Shown: piece after piece, positions 1 through 10,122 of the stretch
Position numbering within the stretch: the first letter of the stretch is position 1
Layout: the number at the start of each line of letters is the position of its first letter
Source of the DNA: an uncultured Rivularia sp.
GTDB lineage: Bacteria; Cyanobacteriota; Cyanobacteriia; Cyanobacteriales; Nostocaceae
Length of the DNA: 64,000 nt
Assembly: GCA_963665115.1 (NCBI GenBank)
Contig: OY762007.1
Coordinates: 1,760,001 to 1,824,000 of the forward strand
Direction: 5' to 3'
Program-made: the position numbers and the translations under genes
Notes under the pieces: generated by a model
What the model saw: the letters and a program-made list of their open reading frames with translations, nothing else
The model's database searches: none
What the model was told of the DNA's origin: nothing

Positions 1-32
1 ACGATTATGAATATAGGTGTGGATAATCTATA

Positions 33-228
33 ATGCCGATAAAGCTTTGAGAGAAAAATAAACAGCCTATCAAGATTGTGTCGCCAAGCTATTGCAGTTG
101 TTCCAAAAAACAAGAAAGTTAATGTTGCAATACTTGCGATGCTTGGATTAATTATTGTATTGAGTACTGCGATCGCAATTGCAACAATCCATAAAGATAA
201 ATTAGATATTGAGTTTGATGAGGGATAG
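33..228 (+). CDS. Possible small membrane protein (~64 aa, needs one frameshift near the start)
   Basis: Open frame FERKINSLSRLCRQAIAVVPKNKKVNVAILAMLGLIIVLSTAIAIATIHKDKLDIEFDEG* with one hydrophobic helix; the ATG at 33 is out of frame by 1. Confidence 0.3.
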
Positions 229-662
229 TGTTTGGGGGACATCAAAAAAATATGGGGTATTCTCAAAGACATGATTTTTCAAACCCAATCATTTTCTATA
301 TCTTTGATAACTTGTTTCATCTTCAAATTTAATCAGCCGATTTAGGTAAATTAAAATCGCTTTTTCTCTGATTAAATATTATTAAACAAGACCACAAACA
401 TTACATTGTTAAAATATATTCTTATGTATTAATACGCTTTTATGTTTTACTGGGGTATGAAATTATTGTTCATTAATTTATTAAAACGTGAAATTACATA
501 AACTAAAAATGAAATAAATACTAACTATTTATGTATACTACTTAATTAAATCACCATGCCTGATGTTATGCGAATTAAAAATAGCCCAGAACTTATAATG
601 TTTGGGCTACAACTAAAATCGTCAATATTTTCTGCAATTATCACATACTTACAAAATTTGTT

Positions 663-1839
663 TTATAAATCGTATTCACTTTCCAAAAAAGACAGTATAC
701 GTTCTTGTTTAGATGTAAGATTAGCAGGGTCATGTATTCTTGAAAGCGCCTCAAGTACAGCTATATGAGTGGGATCACCGTCTTTGCAAACTATATCCGC
801 TAATCGCCGAATACGTTGACAATTTTGAGCAGCAATTTCTTCAGATGCTGTATATGTTGGTTCCAAATTTTCTGGTTTGACTGTGGGTAAGTCCATTTTC
901 CACATCCTAATAGCACAACTATGAAGATTCACCGCATTAATTATGCACCAACATCGGGAATATTGTCTTAAATCTGGATCGCCTTTAGAAATAATTTGAC
1001 AAACTTCACCTACAATTCTTGGATTAGGAACGCGCTGTTTGTCTTTAATTTGTTGAACAATACTTGTATTTCCTCGTTTATTATCAAATATCTGTTGAGC
1101 TAAAGCACTTCCTTGAGTATGCACTACTTGAGCTAGGGATAGAATATCTTCTTTGGTCATCTTGGGGCTACGAGATAAAATTGAGTGCTTAACTTTTTCT
1201 CCTAAACCATCAGCTAAAGTGTCTAATGCTTGGCTTAATTTTGCATCGTTCTTGATTGTTCTGGGACTAACTTTATATTCAGCAGCTAAAGATTTCGCTT
1301 TGTCCCATCGAGATAGCATCTTCTAATTCTTCTTCCGAAGTGCAAAACTTGCACTTCGGGGAATTCTGTTTTAAATTATCTTCACGATTACCCTTCAAAT
1401 GCAGATAGCGTTTACCTCGGAGGTAACTAGCAACTTCTGGTGTAGTATTGCGCCGCCCTAATTGATTATTAACTATCCAGCAAATAGCATTATCTCTGGA
1501 TGGCATATCAATTTCTACAATTTTGTACGGAATTTGATTTTTAGTACAAATTTCATAGCGGTTGTGTCCATCTAAGATAATAGACTTACCTTTCCAAACT
1601 ATCAAAGGGTCAATACAACCAAATTCTTTTAAATTTGCTTCCAATTGTGTTTTCTCTTCTACAGAGAGTGGAGGAATTAGATTTTTAAATTCAGAGTCAA
1701 TCTGAAGTTCTACGTTGAATGAGGGTGGTATTGATGGTGTAACTCTTTCTTCGTTTTCTTCGACAGTCTTTGCTTGTAGATCCTGTTGTTCGTCACAAAT
1801 TATTGAAGCTGAATTTATACTCATAATTATTCCGCTCAC
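663..1839 (-). CDS. ParB/Srx N-terminal domain + HTH protein (one gene, frameshift ~1300)
   Basis: IDSEFKNLIPPL...DPLIVW...ILDGHNRYEIC...NQLGRRN is a ParB-like motif set; the overlapping second ORF continues with AKSLAAEYKVSPRTIKNDA (HTH). Confidence 0.75.
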
Positions 1840-1879
1840 GAGTTCTATTTTTTTAAAGTGAAGATTGTTGTCGTAAATT

Positions 1880-3242
1880 TCATTCCATTAGAGACGCAAT
1901 AGCTCCATAAGATTTGTCAAATAGAACAGTGGCTGTTCCAGTTTCTCCATGTCTTGCTTTAGCTACAATCAGTTCTAATATTTTTTGGTCTGAAGTATTC
2001 GGGTTATAGTACTCGTCCCTATATGCGAGGATAATGTTATCGGCAACCATCTCTAATATCCCCGACTGGCTAAGATCGCTCATTGTTGGACGCTTAACTG
2101 GTCTACTTTCGACAGCCCGATTAATTTGGGAAAGTGCTAATACGGGAACATCTAAATCACCTGCCATTTTATAAAGTTCCCTTGCTACTTCTCCTAACTC
2201 ATAACTACGATTACCGCTCAAGTCGGAAGCCATCATCTGTAGGTAATCAATTACAACTAACCCTATTTTTCCTTTCTTACTTTTGATTTGACGACATTCA
2301 TGGGCAATGTCAGAGACTTTAACTCCCCTACTGTCACTAATGTAGAGTGGGAAAGTTGATGCAATATTGACAATCTTGTTGATATTGCTTAATTCCCAAT
2401 CAGCCAAGCTTTCACTCAAAGCTCGGTGTCTGCGGATGCGGTCACTTTGTATCGGAACAAGGTCGCAATTTTTATAATCGGAAGCAATACTGATCAAACT
2501 CCATAAGCGATATTCCAATTGCTTTTTAGTCATCTCTAATGAAAAAAATATTACCGGGAGAGAATGGCTTAATATCATCTTCAATGCAAGGCTTAGGGAA
2601 ATGGCACTTTTACCCATTGACGGTCTACCTGCAATTAAAGTCAGCGTACCTGGTTCAAATCCTACTATCAACTTATCTAATTGGTTAAATCCGGTCGAAT
2701 AGATCGGATTAACGTTTTCAATTTCCTCGTAAGCAGCAACGGCGATCGCGCTATTATGTTCAGTATTTGAGCAAAGTCTTTGATTGAAAATTTGAAAAAT
2801 TTTTTGTTCGGAGCTATCTAATATCTGTGGTAAGTCAATTTCTGTCTGATAGCCGAGTTGAACGATTTCATTACCCGCTCTTATCAATTGCCTCCTTCTA
2901 TACTTTTCCATAATTAAATCGGCAAGAAAATCAATGTTTACAGCCGATACCGTTCGGTCTACAAGTGATGCTAATTTATTCCTACCACCTACCCGAATAA
3001 GTAAATTATGGTCATCTAACCAACTGATAATTGTGAGTAAATCTGTTGGTTTACCTTGACTATCAAGTTCTAATGCAGCATCATAAATTTCTTGGTGAGC
3101 TTTGATATAAAAAGCTTCTGGAATTAAGTGAGAACGAACTCGTACAATAGCTTGGGGGTTTAGAAGTATTCCGCCGAGGACAGCTTATAGAGGCTTCTAT
3201 ATTTGCAGGGGGCATTTGATCAATCATTTTATTCACACTCAT
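1880..3242 (-). CDS. dnaB: Element-encoded replicative DNA helicase (frameshift ~3186)
   Basis: N-terminus MSVNKMIDQMPPANIEA/AVLGGILL..., Walker A AGRPSMGKS, FSLEM, VVIDYLQ, ALSQINRAVE, KRPTMSDL, AKARHGETG. Confidence 0.9.
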
Positions 3243-3275
3243 TCTTAAGATTGCAGTTCAATTTTTTGTACGATT

Positions 3276-4088
3276 TTAAGAAGAACTTTCTTGTATCAGC
3301 GATTCCTTACAAGCAACTGTAGCTGCAACGGTTTGTTCTTCTAGCTCACGTTTCCATTTTTCTACTTGCTCTCTTGCTTGTATGCGAGAAAGTTCTTCTT
3401 GATTCCTAGAAATTTGTGAAGCTTTATAAAAACGGTAGTGAACTTCCCAGCGATTTTCTCCAGCTTTGGTATTACTTGCTAACCACGCTTCTAAGTCAAT
3501 CACCTCCTGACTAAGACTTTTCGTTTTTTCTTGACAAAAATTCAAAAAACTCGCTCGCTCCTCATCTGAGAGAGTCTTTATAAAGTCTGAATAAGTCTTA
3601 ATAGTCTGAGGAGTTCTCAAATCGCCATCTGGCAAAGGTTCTGGCTGTTGTTCGTTTCCTATAGGAAATTGTGGTTTCCTATAAGAAACCTCAGTTTCCT
3701 CTACGAAACTCGGATTTCCTATAGGAAACTCAGTATCTTTGTATTGGTCAGTGGTAATTTTGATTTTTACTTTCGATAACTTGTTAATCAATGCAAACCA
3801 ATTTGGTCTAATTTCTTAACTGCTTTTGATGCTGCTCCTTTGGAGATATTTAGTTCTTTCGCCATTTCCGTAATGCTGTATTCGAGATGGCGATACCTGC
3901 GGTGAGCTTCGCTTAACGCCAAATGGATCGAGCGAACGCAAATAGTACAGCACCTTGATTTCGGCTCCAGTCAAGTTTTTCACAGTTTCCACCCATTCAT
4001 TGTGAATTAGACGATAAAAAAGAGGTGTTTTTTGTTTGTGTTCGCCAGAATTAGACTCGTTTTGTACGCAGCAATTGTTTTTAGTCAT
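3276..4088 (-). CDS. Replication initiator-like wHTH protein (frameshifted; contains a HIP1 insertion and iterons)
   Basis: LTGAEIKVLYYLRSLDPFG joins ..RHLEYSITEMAKELNISKGAASKAVKKL (HTH) once the 22-bp insert is removed. Lies directly upstream of dnaB and has an internal repeat array. Confidence 0.65.
3654..3729. repeat. Four palindromic TTTCCTATAGGAAA-type repeats at 20-bp period (putative origin iterons)
   Basis: Copies start at 3655, 3675, 3695 and 3715; copies 1 and 4 are perfect palindromes. Confidence 0.85.
3895..3916. mobile_element. Tiny SDR5-like element inserted in a HIP1 site
   Basis: GGCGAT[ACCTGCGGTGAGCTTCGCTTAA]CGCC; removing the insert restores GGCGATCGCC. Confidence 0.75.
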
Positions 4089-4240
4089 ATTTTTTAGAAA
4101 GCCTGAAACATTTAAGCCGAGCTATTGGTCTACTAATTCGGCACTTGAAAATAGATGTCTCACCAAAGCTGTTGGTGCTATTATGTGGGTACTCAAAGCT
4201 AACTCATCCATCAATGAGGCATCTTTGTAAAAAAGTAAGC

Positions 4241-4288
4241 ATTGCTGAAATAGCAATTACAAAAATATAATATTGCTAACTTGGCAAA
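4241..4288. promoter_or_regulatory. Two putative operators ATTGCT-N5-AGCAAT between divergent rep and XRE genes
   Basis: Perfect copy at 4241-4257; near copy ATTGCT-aactt-GGCAAA at 4272-4288. Confidence 0.55.
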
Positions 4289-4310
4289 CATTAAGTAAAG
4301 AAATGTTGCG

Positions 4311-4638
4311 ATGAGCCAGCACAGAGAAATTTTTAATCAGCTATTGTTGGCTTTTGATTATTCAGCCAAACAGGTGAGTGGTTGGACTGGAATTCATCAA
4401 AGTCGTCTCAGTCGATTTCGCACGGGAAAACTCGATTTAGAAGCAGGAGAATTTTTCAGCTTACTTACTTGTATGCCAAAAGAATTTCAAGATACTTTTT
4501 GGCTTAAGATTCGTGTGGAAGAAGCAGATTGGCGAACGAGAGTTTTATCTGCTAGTGATAACGAAATTGAAGAAATTCTTAGAGGGACTAGCAGATAGAT
4601 GGGCAAGCAGTGTGGGGCAAGCAAAAGTCGCTTCCTGA
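4311..4638 (+). CDS. XRE/Cro-CI-type HTH regulator (C-terminus possibly frameshifted ~4585)
   Basis: SAKQVSGWTGIHQSRLSRFRTGK HTH; divergent from the replication genes. Confidence 0.7.
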
Positions 4639-5957
4639 CTTGTCTGTGCTAGGCTCAAGATTACTATTATCCTGCGATCGCCTATCGTTTAAAGTTTATC
4701 GAACTGTTGAGAAGAACAACAATTGAAACGAAAAAGAGCCGTTATTCCTTCAAAAGTTTAGCTATGTGGAGAGTCGTAAATTTTATTTTTGAACGACGCA
4801 ACTAAACGCATTTTCAGCTTAAATAATCGCTGCACTAAACGTAAACCTTGTTGCGTTATTAAAATACGAATCGCAACTACACGATTTTTTTCACTCATAA
4901 CTGTGGACTCCGAGTGTTCCTTAAATAGGGAATTAATTATCACTTAGTAGATGCCCGCATAATTTAAACCTATGCGGGTATTAAAATCCATCAACAAATT
5001 TTCTGATGGTTTTAACTGTAGCCGTAGACACCTAATTAAAAATGATGACTAAATTACACAGAAAACAAATCTACCTAAAGTGATAGTTGTTTTTTTATTC
5101 TTAACTTCCACAATTATTTTTTACGCTCAATAAAAAAGTTTTTATACAAATATTAATTTAAACAATCTATACAATTACGTAATCAGCTTTTAAATTCCTA
5201 ACCGTTAAACTCATATTTAACAGTTGATTAACTATAAATGTAAGCTACTCTACAAAAACAGATGTGTAGAAAATAAAACATTTTGAGCGAGCAAATATTA
5301 TTTTACTTATTCATTATGCATTGATTATTATCTGAAATATTTATAAATACGAGATTTTCAACAAATAAATCAAATTTTGTTGAAATTTTACTTAATTTCA
5401 GTATTCGGTTATCACTTTTATTTATGGATACTACAGCTTTTAACATTGATGTAGTCGATTATTATTCTTGAGTATTACTATGAGCGGATTTAAAGCAATA
5501 TCAACTTTTATTTATTTACGTAGCTGAATATTTTCTTATCATCTTTTATGATACAGCTTGATATTAACCTGTAATTCTTTATTAAGCGAAAAAATTGTCA
5601 AAATACAAATAAATATGTATAAATAGTTCAAAGAGCTTTTTTTTGATTCAAAACAGGTCTACTCGTATTAATCAGACGCGAGATTGTATGATGAACAACA
5701 TTTTTTCTGAATCTGCATAGTGGGGGCTTGCAATCAGAAGAAAGGTTTGTTTGGAGAACGCTGGTTTAACCGCTTTTTCTTAACTGTCTCGAACCTTACT
5801 TACTTCGAGACACAATCAAACTTGAAATTGTTTCCAATTGCAATAGTTTTAATTACGGTAAGTCCGAAAAAGATCGAAGAAAAACTATTACGAAAAAAAT
5901 CACGAAAAATTAATTCATTGCCTGCTGAAAAACAATAAAAATTTAGAGGTTAGTAAC

Positions 5958-6200
5958 TTGGCTAAGCGAACAATGTATAAGCTGCCACCTGATGCAGAAC
6001 TTTTGACGATTCAAGAAGCATCAAAAAGGTTAGGAAAAGGTTTTAGCCGTACTTCAATTCTTCGTCGAATTAGTTCCGGACAATGGAAAGAAGGTTTACA
6101 TTGGGTTGATGCAAGACGCAATGATTCAATGAATCGCCTTATCAAAATCAACGTTACTGCCGTGCTGAACGGATTTATAACTCCAGCAGCTTTTCGTTAG
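5958..6200 (+). CDS. Excisionase/RDF-like small DNA-binding protein
   Basis: LLTIQEASKRLG..SRTSILRRI...W.EG.HW wHTH pattern; GAGG RBS upstream; convergent with the integrase. Confidence 0.7.
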   Translation: MAKRTMYKLPPDAELLTIQEASKRLGKGFSRTSILRRISSGQWKEGLHWVDARRNDSMNRLIKINVTAVLNGFITPAAFR

Positions 6201-6243
6201 ATTTTCCTGGAAGGACAATTCAATCCCTCCAGACAGTTTTGAG

Positions 6244-7380
6244 TTAAGGAGCAGGTGGTCTACCTGTTCTATTAATTAATGTTTCATAAACTTTTAGGTA
6301 TGTTGCTTCATCAATCCAAGCTCGATATGTCTTGCAATGGGTGGTAACTGAATGTCCCATCAATTTTGCTCCAAAGTCGGGAGTGAATCCAAATTCAAAG
6401 CATCTACGTGCATAGCAGTGACGTAAATTATATGGGGGAAATGGAATTTTGAAATCGTAGAAAAATCCAGATACCTTGGTTCCAAGTTTGGCATTGGGGG
6501 AATCTTCGATTGATTTCAAATTGGGTAAGACGATTTCTTTAAGATTCCAATTGTGTGCCCATTCCAGATACAACGGATAAATAAATCGCTCTCCTGTTTT
6601 GGTTTCATCGCTAACTCGTGCAGTGGGAAAATCTAGCATATCAACATGAAATGCTTCATGGGGACGCAAACCGTATGCCGCACACATCCCGTATATCCAC
6701 TGCCAACCGGGGCTGGTAATTCTGTCTCGCCATTGAACTATCTGCTCGTCTGTTGGTAAACTTCTTGGCGATACTGTTCCAGGTGAATAACTACCAGTCA
6801 GTTCTTTGATTGCTTCTAAATTTTCAAGCTTGGCGAATTTAGCTAGTCTACCCAAAATGTCACATACTCTTTTACGACTTCGCGTATCGGGTTCGGTAAG
6901 ACTTGCGAATTCGATTATCAAATCGATAGAAAGTTCTGCATCCGAGGCAAATTCGGCGAATTTTGGAAAAACAACTTGATAATCTTTCTTCCAGGTTGTT
7001 TCGGTTTGCTGGTTGCGCGATCGCCTTCTCCAATATTCGGTTTCAAACTTTTCTACCCAATCCGATACGGTTTCGGGTTTGGGCGATTGACTTAATTGCC
7101 ATTGTTCCCAACTAAATTGACATTTATCAAGTTCTACTCTTAAAGCACGAGCTTGTTGCTCTGCATACTGTAATCCTGCAATGGTAGCTTTAACTCCTTG
7201 AGGATTTTCTTTTGTTCTCAAAGAAAGCTTCTGCTGGTAGGGTTTAGTTTTACCCGAATTTGGCTTTGGTGGAAGCGTTCCTCTTAACCATAAGGTTCCT
7301 CCACGCTTCTCAATGCTGATGCCAGTATTTGAAGCCTTCAATCTACCATTTGCTTGAGCAAGACGATTATTAATGTCCAT
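6244..7380 (-). CDS. Tyrosine recombinase/integrase (cyanobacterial type)
   Basis: Catalytic set YGLRPHE, KTG, YNLRHCYARR, LMGHS...H...Y. Confidence 0.95.
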   Translation of the reverse strand: MDINNRLAQANGRLKASNTGISIEKRGGTLWLRGTLPPKPNSGKTKPYQQKLSLRTKENPQGVKATIAGLQYAEQQARALRVELDKCQFSWEQWQLSQSPKPETVSDWVEKFETEYWRRRSRNQQTETTWKKDYQVVFPKFAEFASDAELSIDLIIEFASLTEPDTRSRKRVCDILGRLAKFAKLENLEAIKELTGSYSPGTVSPRSLPTDEQIVQWRDRITSPGWQWIYGMCAAYGLRPHEAFHVDMLDFPTARVSDETKTGERFIYPLYLEWAHNWNLKEIVLPNLKSIEDSPNAKLGTKVSGFFYDFKIPFPPYNLRHCYARRCFEFGFTPDFGAKLMGHSVTTHCKTYRAWIDEATYLKVYETLINRTGRPPAP

Positions 7381-7491
7381 AAAAATTTACCCCAAAGATT
7401 TTAAGGGACTGTTTTTTATAGAAGATGTCACCCAATTTCAAACGGACGAACACGCAATACTCTACTGAGCAGTTTTTCCTAGTCCTTAAAT

Positions 7492-7525
7492 GGTAGCTAA
7501 AACTGTGACTAAATTTGTGACTAAA
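7492..7525. repeat. Putative integrase arm-type sites
   Basis: TGTGACTAAA at 7504 and 7516 plus degenerate GGTAGCTAAA at 7492 (12-bp period), between int and the tRNA. Confidence 0.55.
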
Positions 7526-7632
7526 ATCGTGGGTTGATTCTACCCCATTTGACCTAAAATGGTACAAACGAAGAATCCACTCCTGGAAGCTAGAAGGCGC
7601 TTGGGGAGGGGGAAACAACGGAATATAAACAA

Positions 7633-7704
<72 letters not shown>

Positions 7705-8349
7705 GCACAATAGAGTTTTTATCTTACCAAAATTTTATTTATAAATCTACCCCTTTGTAGATTATTTTGTGAAATACCTTCAAGAGATTAAGGATAAGCA
7801 GTAAAAAACCTTGTCGAAGGAAAATACAACTGTAGGGAATTGAATTCAAAACGCAGAAAACTATGTTTTTTGATAACAGTCTTAGAAGCAGTATGAGTCT
7901 ACAATCACCATTCCGACTTGCTATTTAACCACAAACCTTTGAGAGGATGTCTAAAACACCATATTTTTTCGTTATTCACCCACCCATTGCATTACCTCAC
8001 ATTTGTGCTAGGATTTTCGGTTACGTAGAATACATATTTTTCTCTGTAGAAACAGTATTTATACTCTTTAAGAGATCGGTACTGGAAAACATTAAACATA
8101 ATATATTTATATCTTAGGATAGATGAAAAACATAAAAAAGGCTCTTGATAGTATAAGATATTGAAGATAAATCTCGGTTTTTACTTACAAAATTGAGGCA
8201 TTAGTAAATATACATAACCTTAAAATTATTGAGGGCTTGGCAGTATGAATATGCTACTAAAGAAGCATTAACTACCATCAAATTAGTAAGTTATGACTAC
8301 AAAGGAGAATTGGACATTAAGACTCGTATTAGATTGGTATCACCATCAT

Positions 8350-9144
8350 ATGAAAGAAGTTTCGACCATAACTATTGCTCAGGTAACGGATATACATCTA
8401 TTTGCCTCGGAACAGAAGCAGCTACTGGGAATGCCTACCACAAAGTCTTTCCATGCAGTTATCGAGCGCTTAAAAAAACTGCGAGAGGAACTCGATATGC
8501 TGTTGTTGACGGGAGATTTGTCAGGTGATAGTACGTCACAATCTTATGGTAATTTGCAAAATATGCTGAGTCCCCTATTTCTTCCTAGTTATTGGCTGCC
8601 AGGAAATCACGATGATTTCACAATAATGAATGAAGTTCTAAATCTGGGGCTGGTTTCTCGCCGTAAATGTTTTGAGCGCGGTGGATGGAATTTTGTATTG
8701 TTAGATTCTTCGGTACCTGGTGAGGTGCATGGTTATCTACGCCGCGAAACTTTGGAATGGCTAGATCTACAATTAAGTATGACGAGCGATCGACCAACAG
8801 CAGTAGCACTTCATCATCCTCCCTTCCATGTAAATTCTTCTTGGTTAGATAACAGTAGCTTGCAAAACTCCGAAGAATTTTGTGCAGTTTTAGATAAATA
8901 TCCGCAAGTTCGATTGGTGTTGTTTGGTCACATACATCAAGAATTTTATACTCAACGGCAGGGTGTTGATTATTTAGGAACTCCTTCAACCTGCGTTCAG
9001 TTTCAGCCAAGAAGCAAAAAATTTGCTCTTGACCAAAAATCACCAGGATTTCGCTTGATGAAACTTTACCCTAATGGAACTTGGGAAAGTTGGATTGAAA
9101 GAGTTCCGTATTTTCACACTGTAGAGTTAGCAGCAAATGGATAA
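8350..9144 (+). CDS. cpdA: 3',5'-cyclic-nucleotide phosphodiesterase (Icc/CpdA metallophosphoesterase)
   Basis: DIH, LTGDLS, PGNHD, LHHPP, GHIHQ and PSTCVQF motifs. Confidence 0.88.
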   Translation: MKEVSTITIAQVTDIHLFASEQKQLLGMPTTKSFHAVIERLKKLREELDMLLLTGDLSGDSTSQSYGNLQNMLSPLFLPSYWLPGNHDDFTIMNEVLNLGLVSRRKCFERGGWNFVLLDSSVPGEVHGYLRRETLEWLDLQLSMTSDRPTAVALHHPPFHVNSSWLDNSSLQNSEEFCAVLDKYPQVRLVLFGHIHQEFYTQRQGVDYLGTPSTCVQFQPRSKKFALDQKSPGFRLMKLYPNGTWESWIERVPYFHTVELAANG

Positions 9145-9177
9145 TGACAGTGAGCAGTTATCAGCTATTGGTAATTG

Positions 9178-9768
9178 TTAAACTTTTACTTCGTCGGCAA
9201 AGCTGTGCCAGCGGACAAATTGAAATGGTCCTGCTACCGAACCCCAAATGTGTTCGTCGTTTTCTAAGTCTCTTCCTTTGTCTCTGCTGATAAATTTTTC
9301 TGTGTCAATTTCAAATTCGCTGTCAAGGTAAGTATTTTGTCCTTTACGAAATACAATACAGCTTTTGCCTGGTTCTACCATCCCTTTGAAACTGTGACCA
9401 GTCCATTCTACAATCATGTTACAGCCAGATAGTTTCTCCAAATCATTCTGCTTTAATGCTTTGAGACGCTCCAAGTCGCGGGATGCACCCCCAAATTTTT
9501 CCGCATCTTTAACTCTATAATTTTCAATTTCTATATGGTCCCCTGCATCAACTAATTTATTAACTGCAACACGATAGGGGTCATTAAGCATATAATCATA
9601 AGCTTGCTCAACATAAAAGCTTACCCCCGACAATAAATTATGCGGTAGAGGACGCATACATACCCGAATATGAGCGAAAAAGGGCGGATTTTCAAAAGCT
9701 TGTTCTTGATTGCTGAAATCAGAAGCCATCCAGCGAGCTAAGGTTGGTATATCAGTAGAGTGCGACAT
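9178..9768 (-). CDS. cpcT: CpcT/CpeT phycobilin lyase
   Basis: MSHSTDIPTLARWMASDFSNQEQAFENPPFFAHIRVCMRPL is the typical CpcT N-terminus. Confidence 0.92.
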   Translation of the reverse strand: MSHSTDIPTLARWMASDFSNQEQAFENPPFFAHIRVCMRPLPHNLLSGVSFYVEQAYDYMLNDPYRVAVNKLVDAGDHIEIENYRVKDAEKFGGASRDLERLKALKQNDLEKLSGCNMIVEWTGHSFKGMVEPGKSCIVFRKGQNTYLDSEFEIDTEKFISRDKGRDLENDEHIWGSVAGPFQFVRWHSFADEVKV

Positions 9769-10122
9769 TATATAGAATATATATTGTGGTTAAAAGTTTT
9801 CCAGATAAAGGTATATTACCAACTGAAGTACCTGTTTGTTTCGCTACGCGCAACGAATTTAAACAAGTTTTCTTCTTGCAAAACTATAATCTACTAATTG
9901 CCCGTGTGAGGTTTTCTCTGGGGCAAGTTGAATAATTTCTTCTAAATCAGCGCAAATTAGGAAAAAATCAGGAGAATGGAAGTTAATCTTCAATATGCAG
10001 ACTTTTCACGGATTTGAAATATCGATGGAGAAAGTTGTAAAAGATATTGGTCTTTCGTTTTAGTTGATATGGAATAGTTCTTATAATTGTTATGCTAAAA
10101 TCCCATTCCCTATTCTAAGAAA

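Larger units (their letters stand above)
1..7632. mobile_element. Integrative element (prophage-, satellite- or integrative-plasmid-like) at tRNA-Cys; left end outside the window
   Basis: Tyrosine integrase starts ~250 bp from the tRNA 3' end, followed by excisionase-like, XRE, Rep, DnaB and ParB-like genes. No second att copy seen in the window. Confidence 0.85.

Noticed and set aside
3654..3729. Regularly spaced palindromes as a mini-CRISPR
   Set aside because: 14-bp units with 6-bp gaps inside a CDS, and no cas genes; iterons fit better. No CRISPR array seen anywhere in the window.
4758..5938. Short ORFs 4758-4943 and 5720-5938
   Set aside because: No RBS or motif; expected by chance in AT-rich DNA.
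8229..9043. Alternative-frame and antisense ORFs over cpdA, and similar shadows over isiA, moaA, leuC, the WD40 region and exoD
   Set aside because: Shadow ORFs of well-supported genes, with no motifs of their own.
8350..9144. CpdA as element cargo (anti-CBASS/Pycsar)
   Set aside because: It lies on the host side of the tRNA next to cpcT and looks like the ordinary chromosomal gene.
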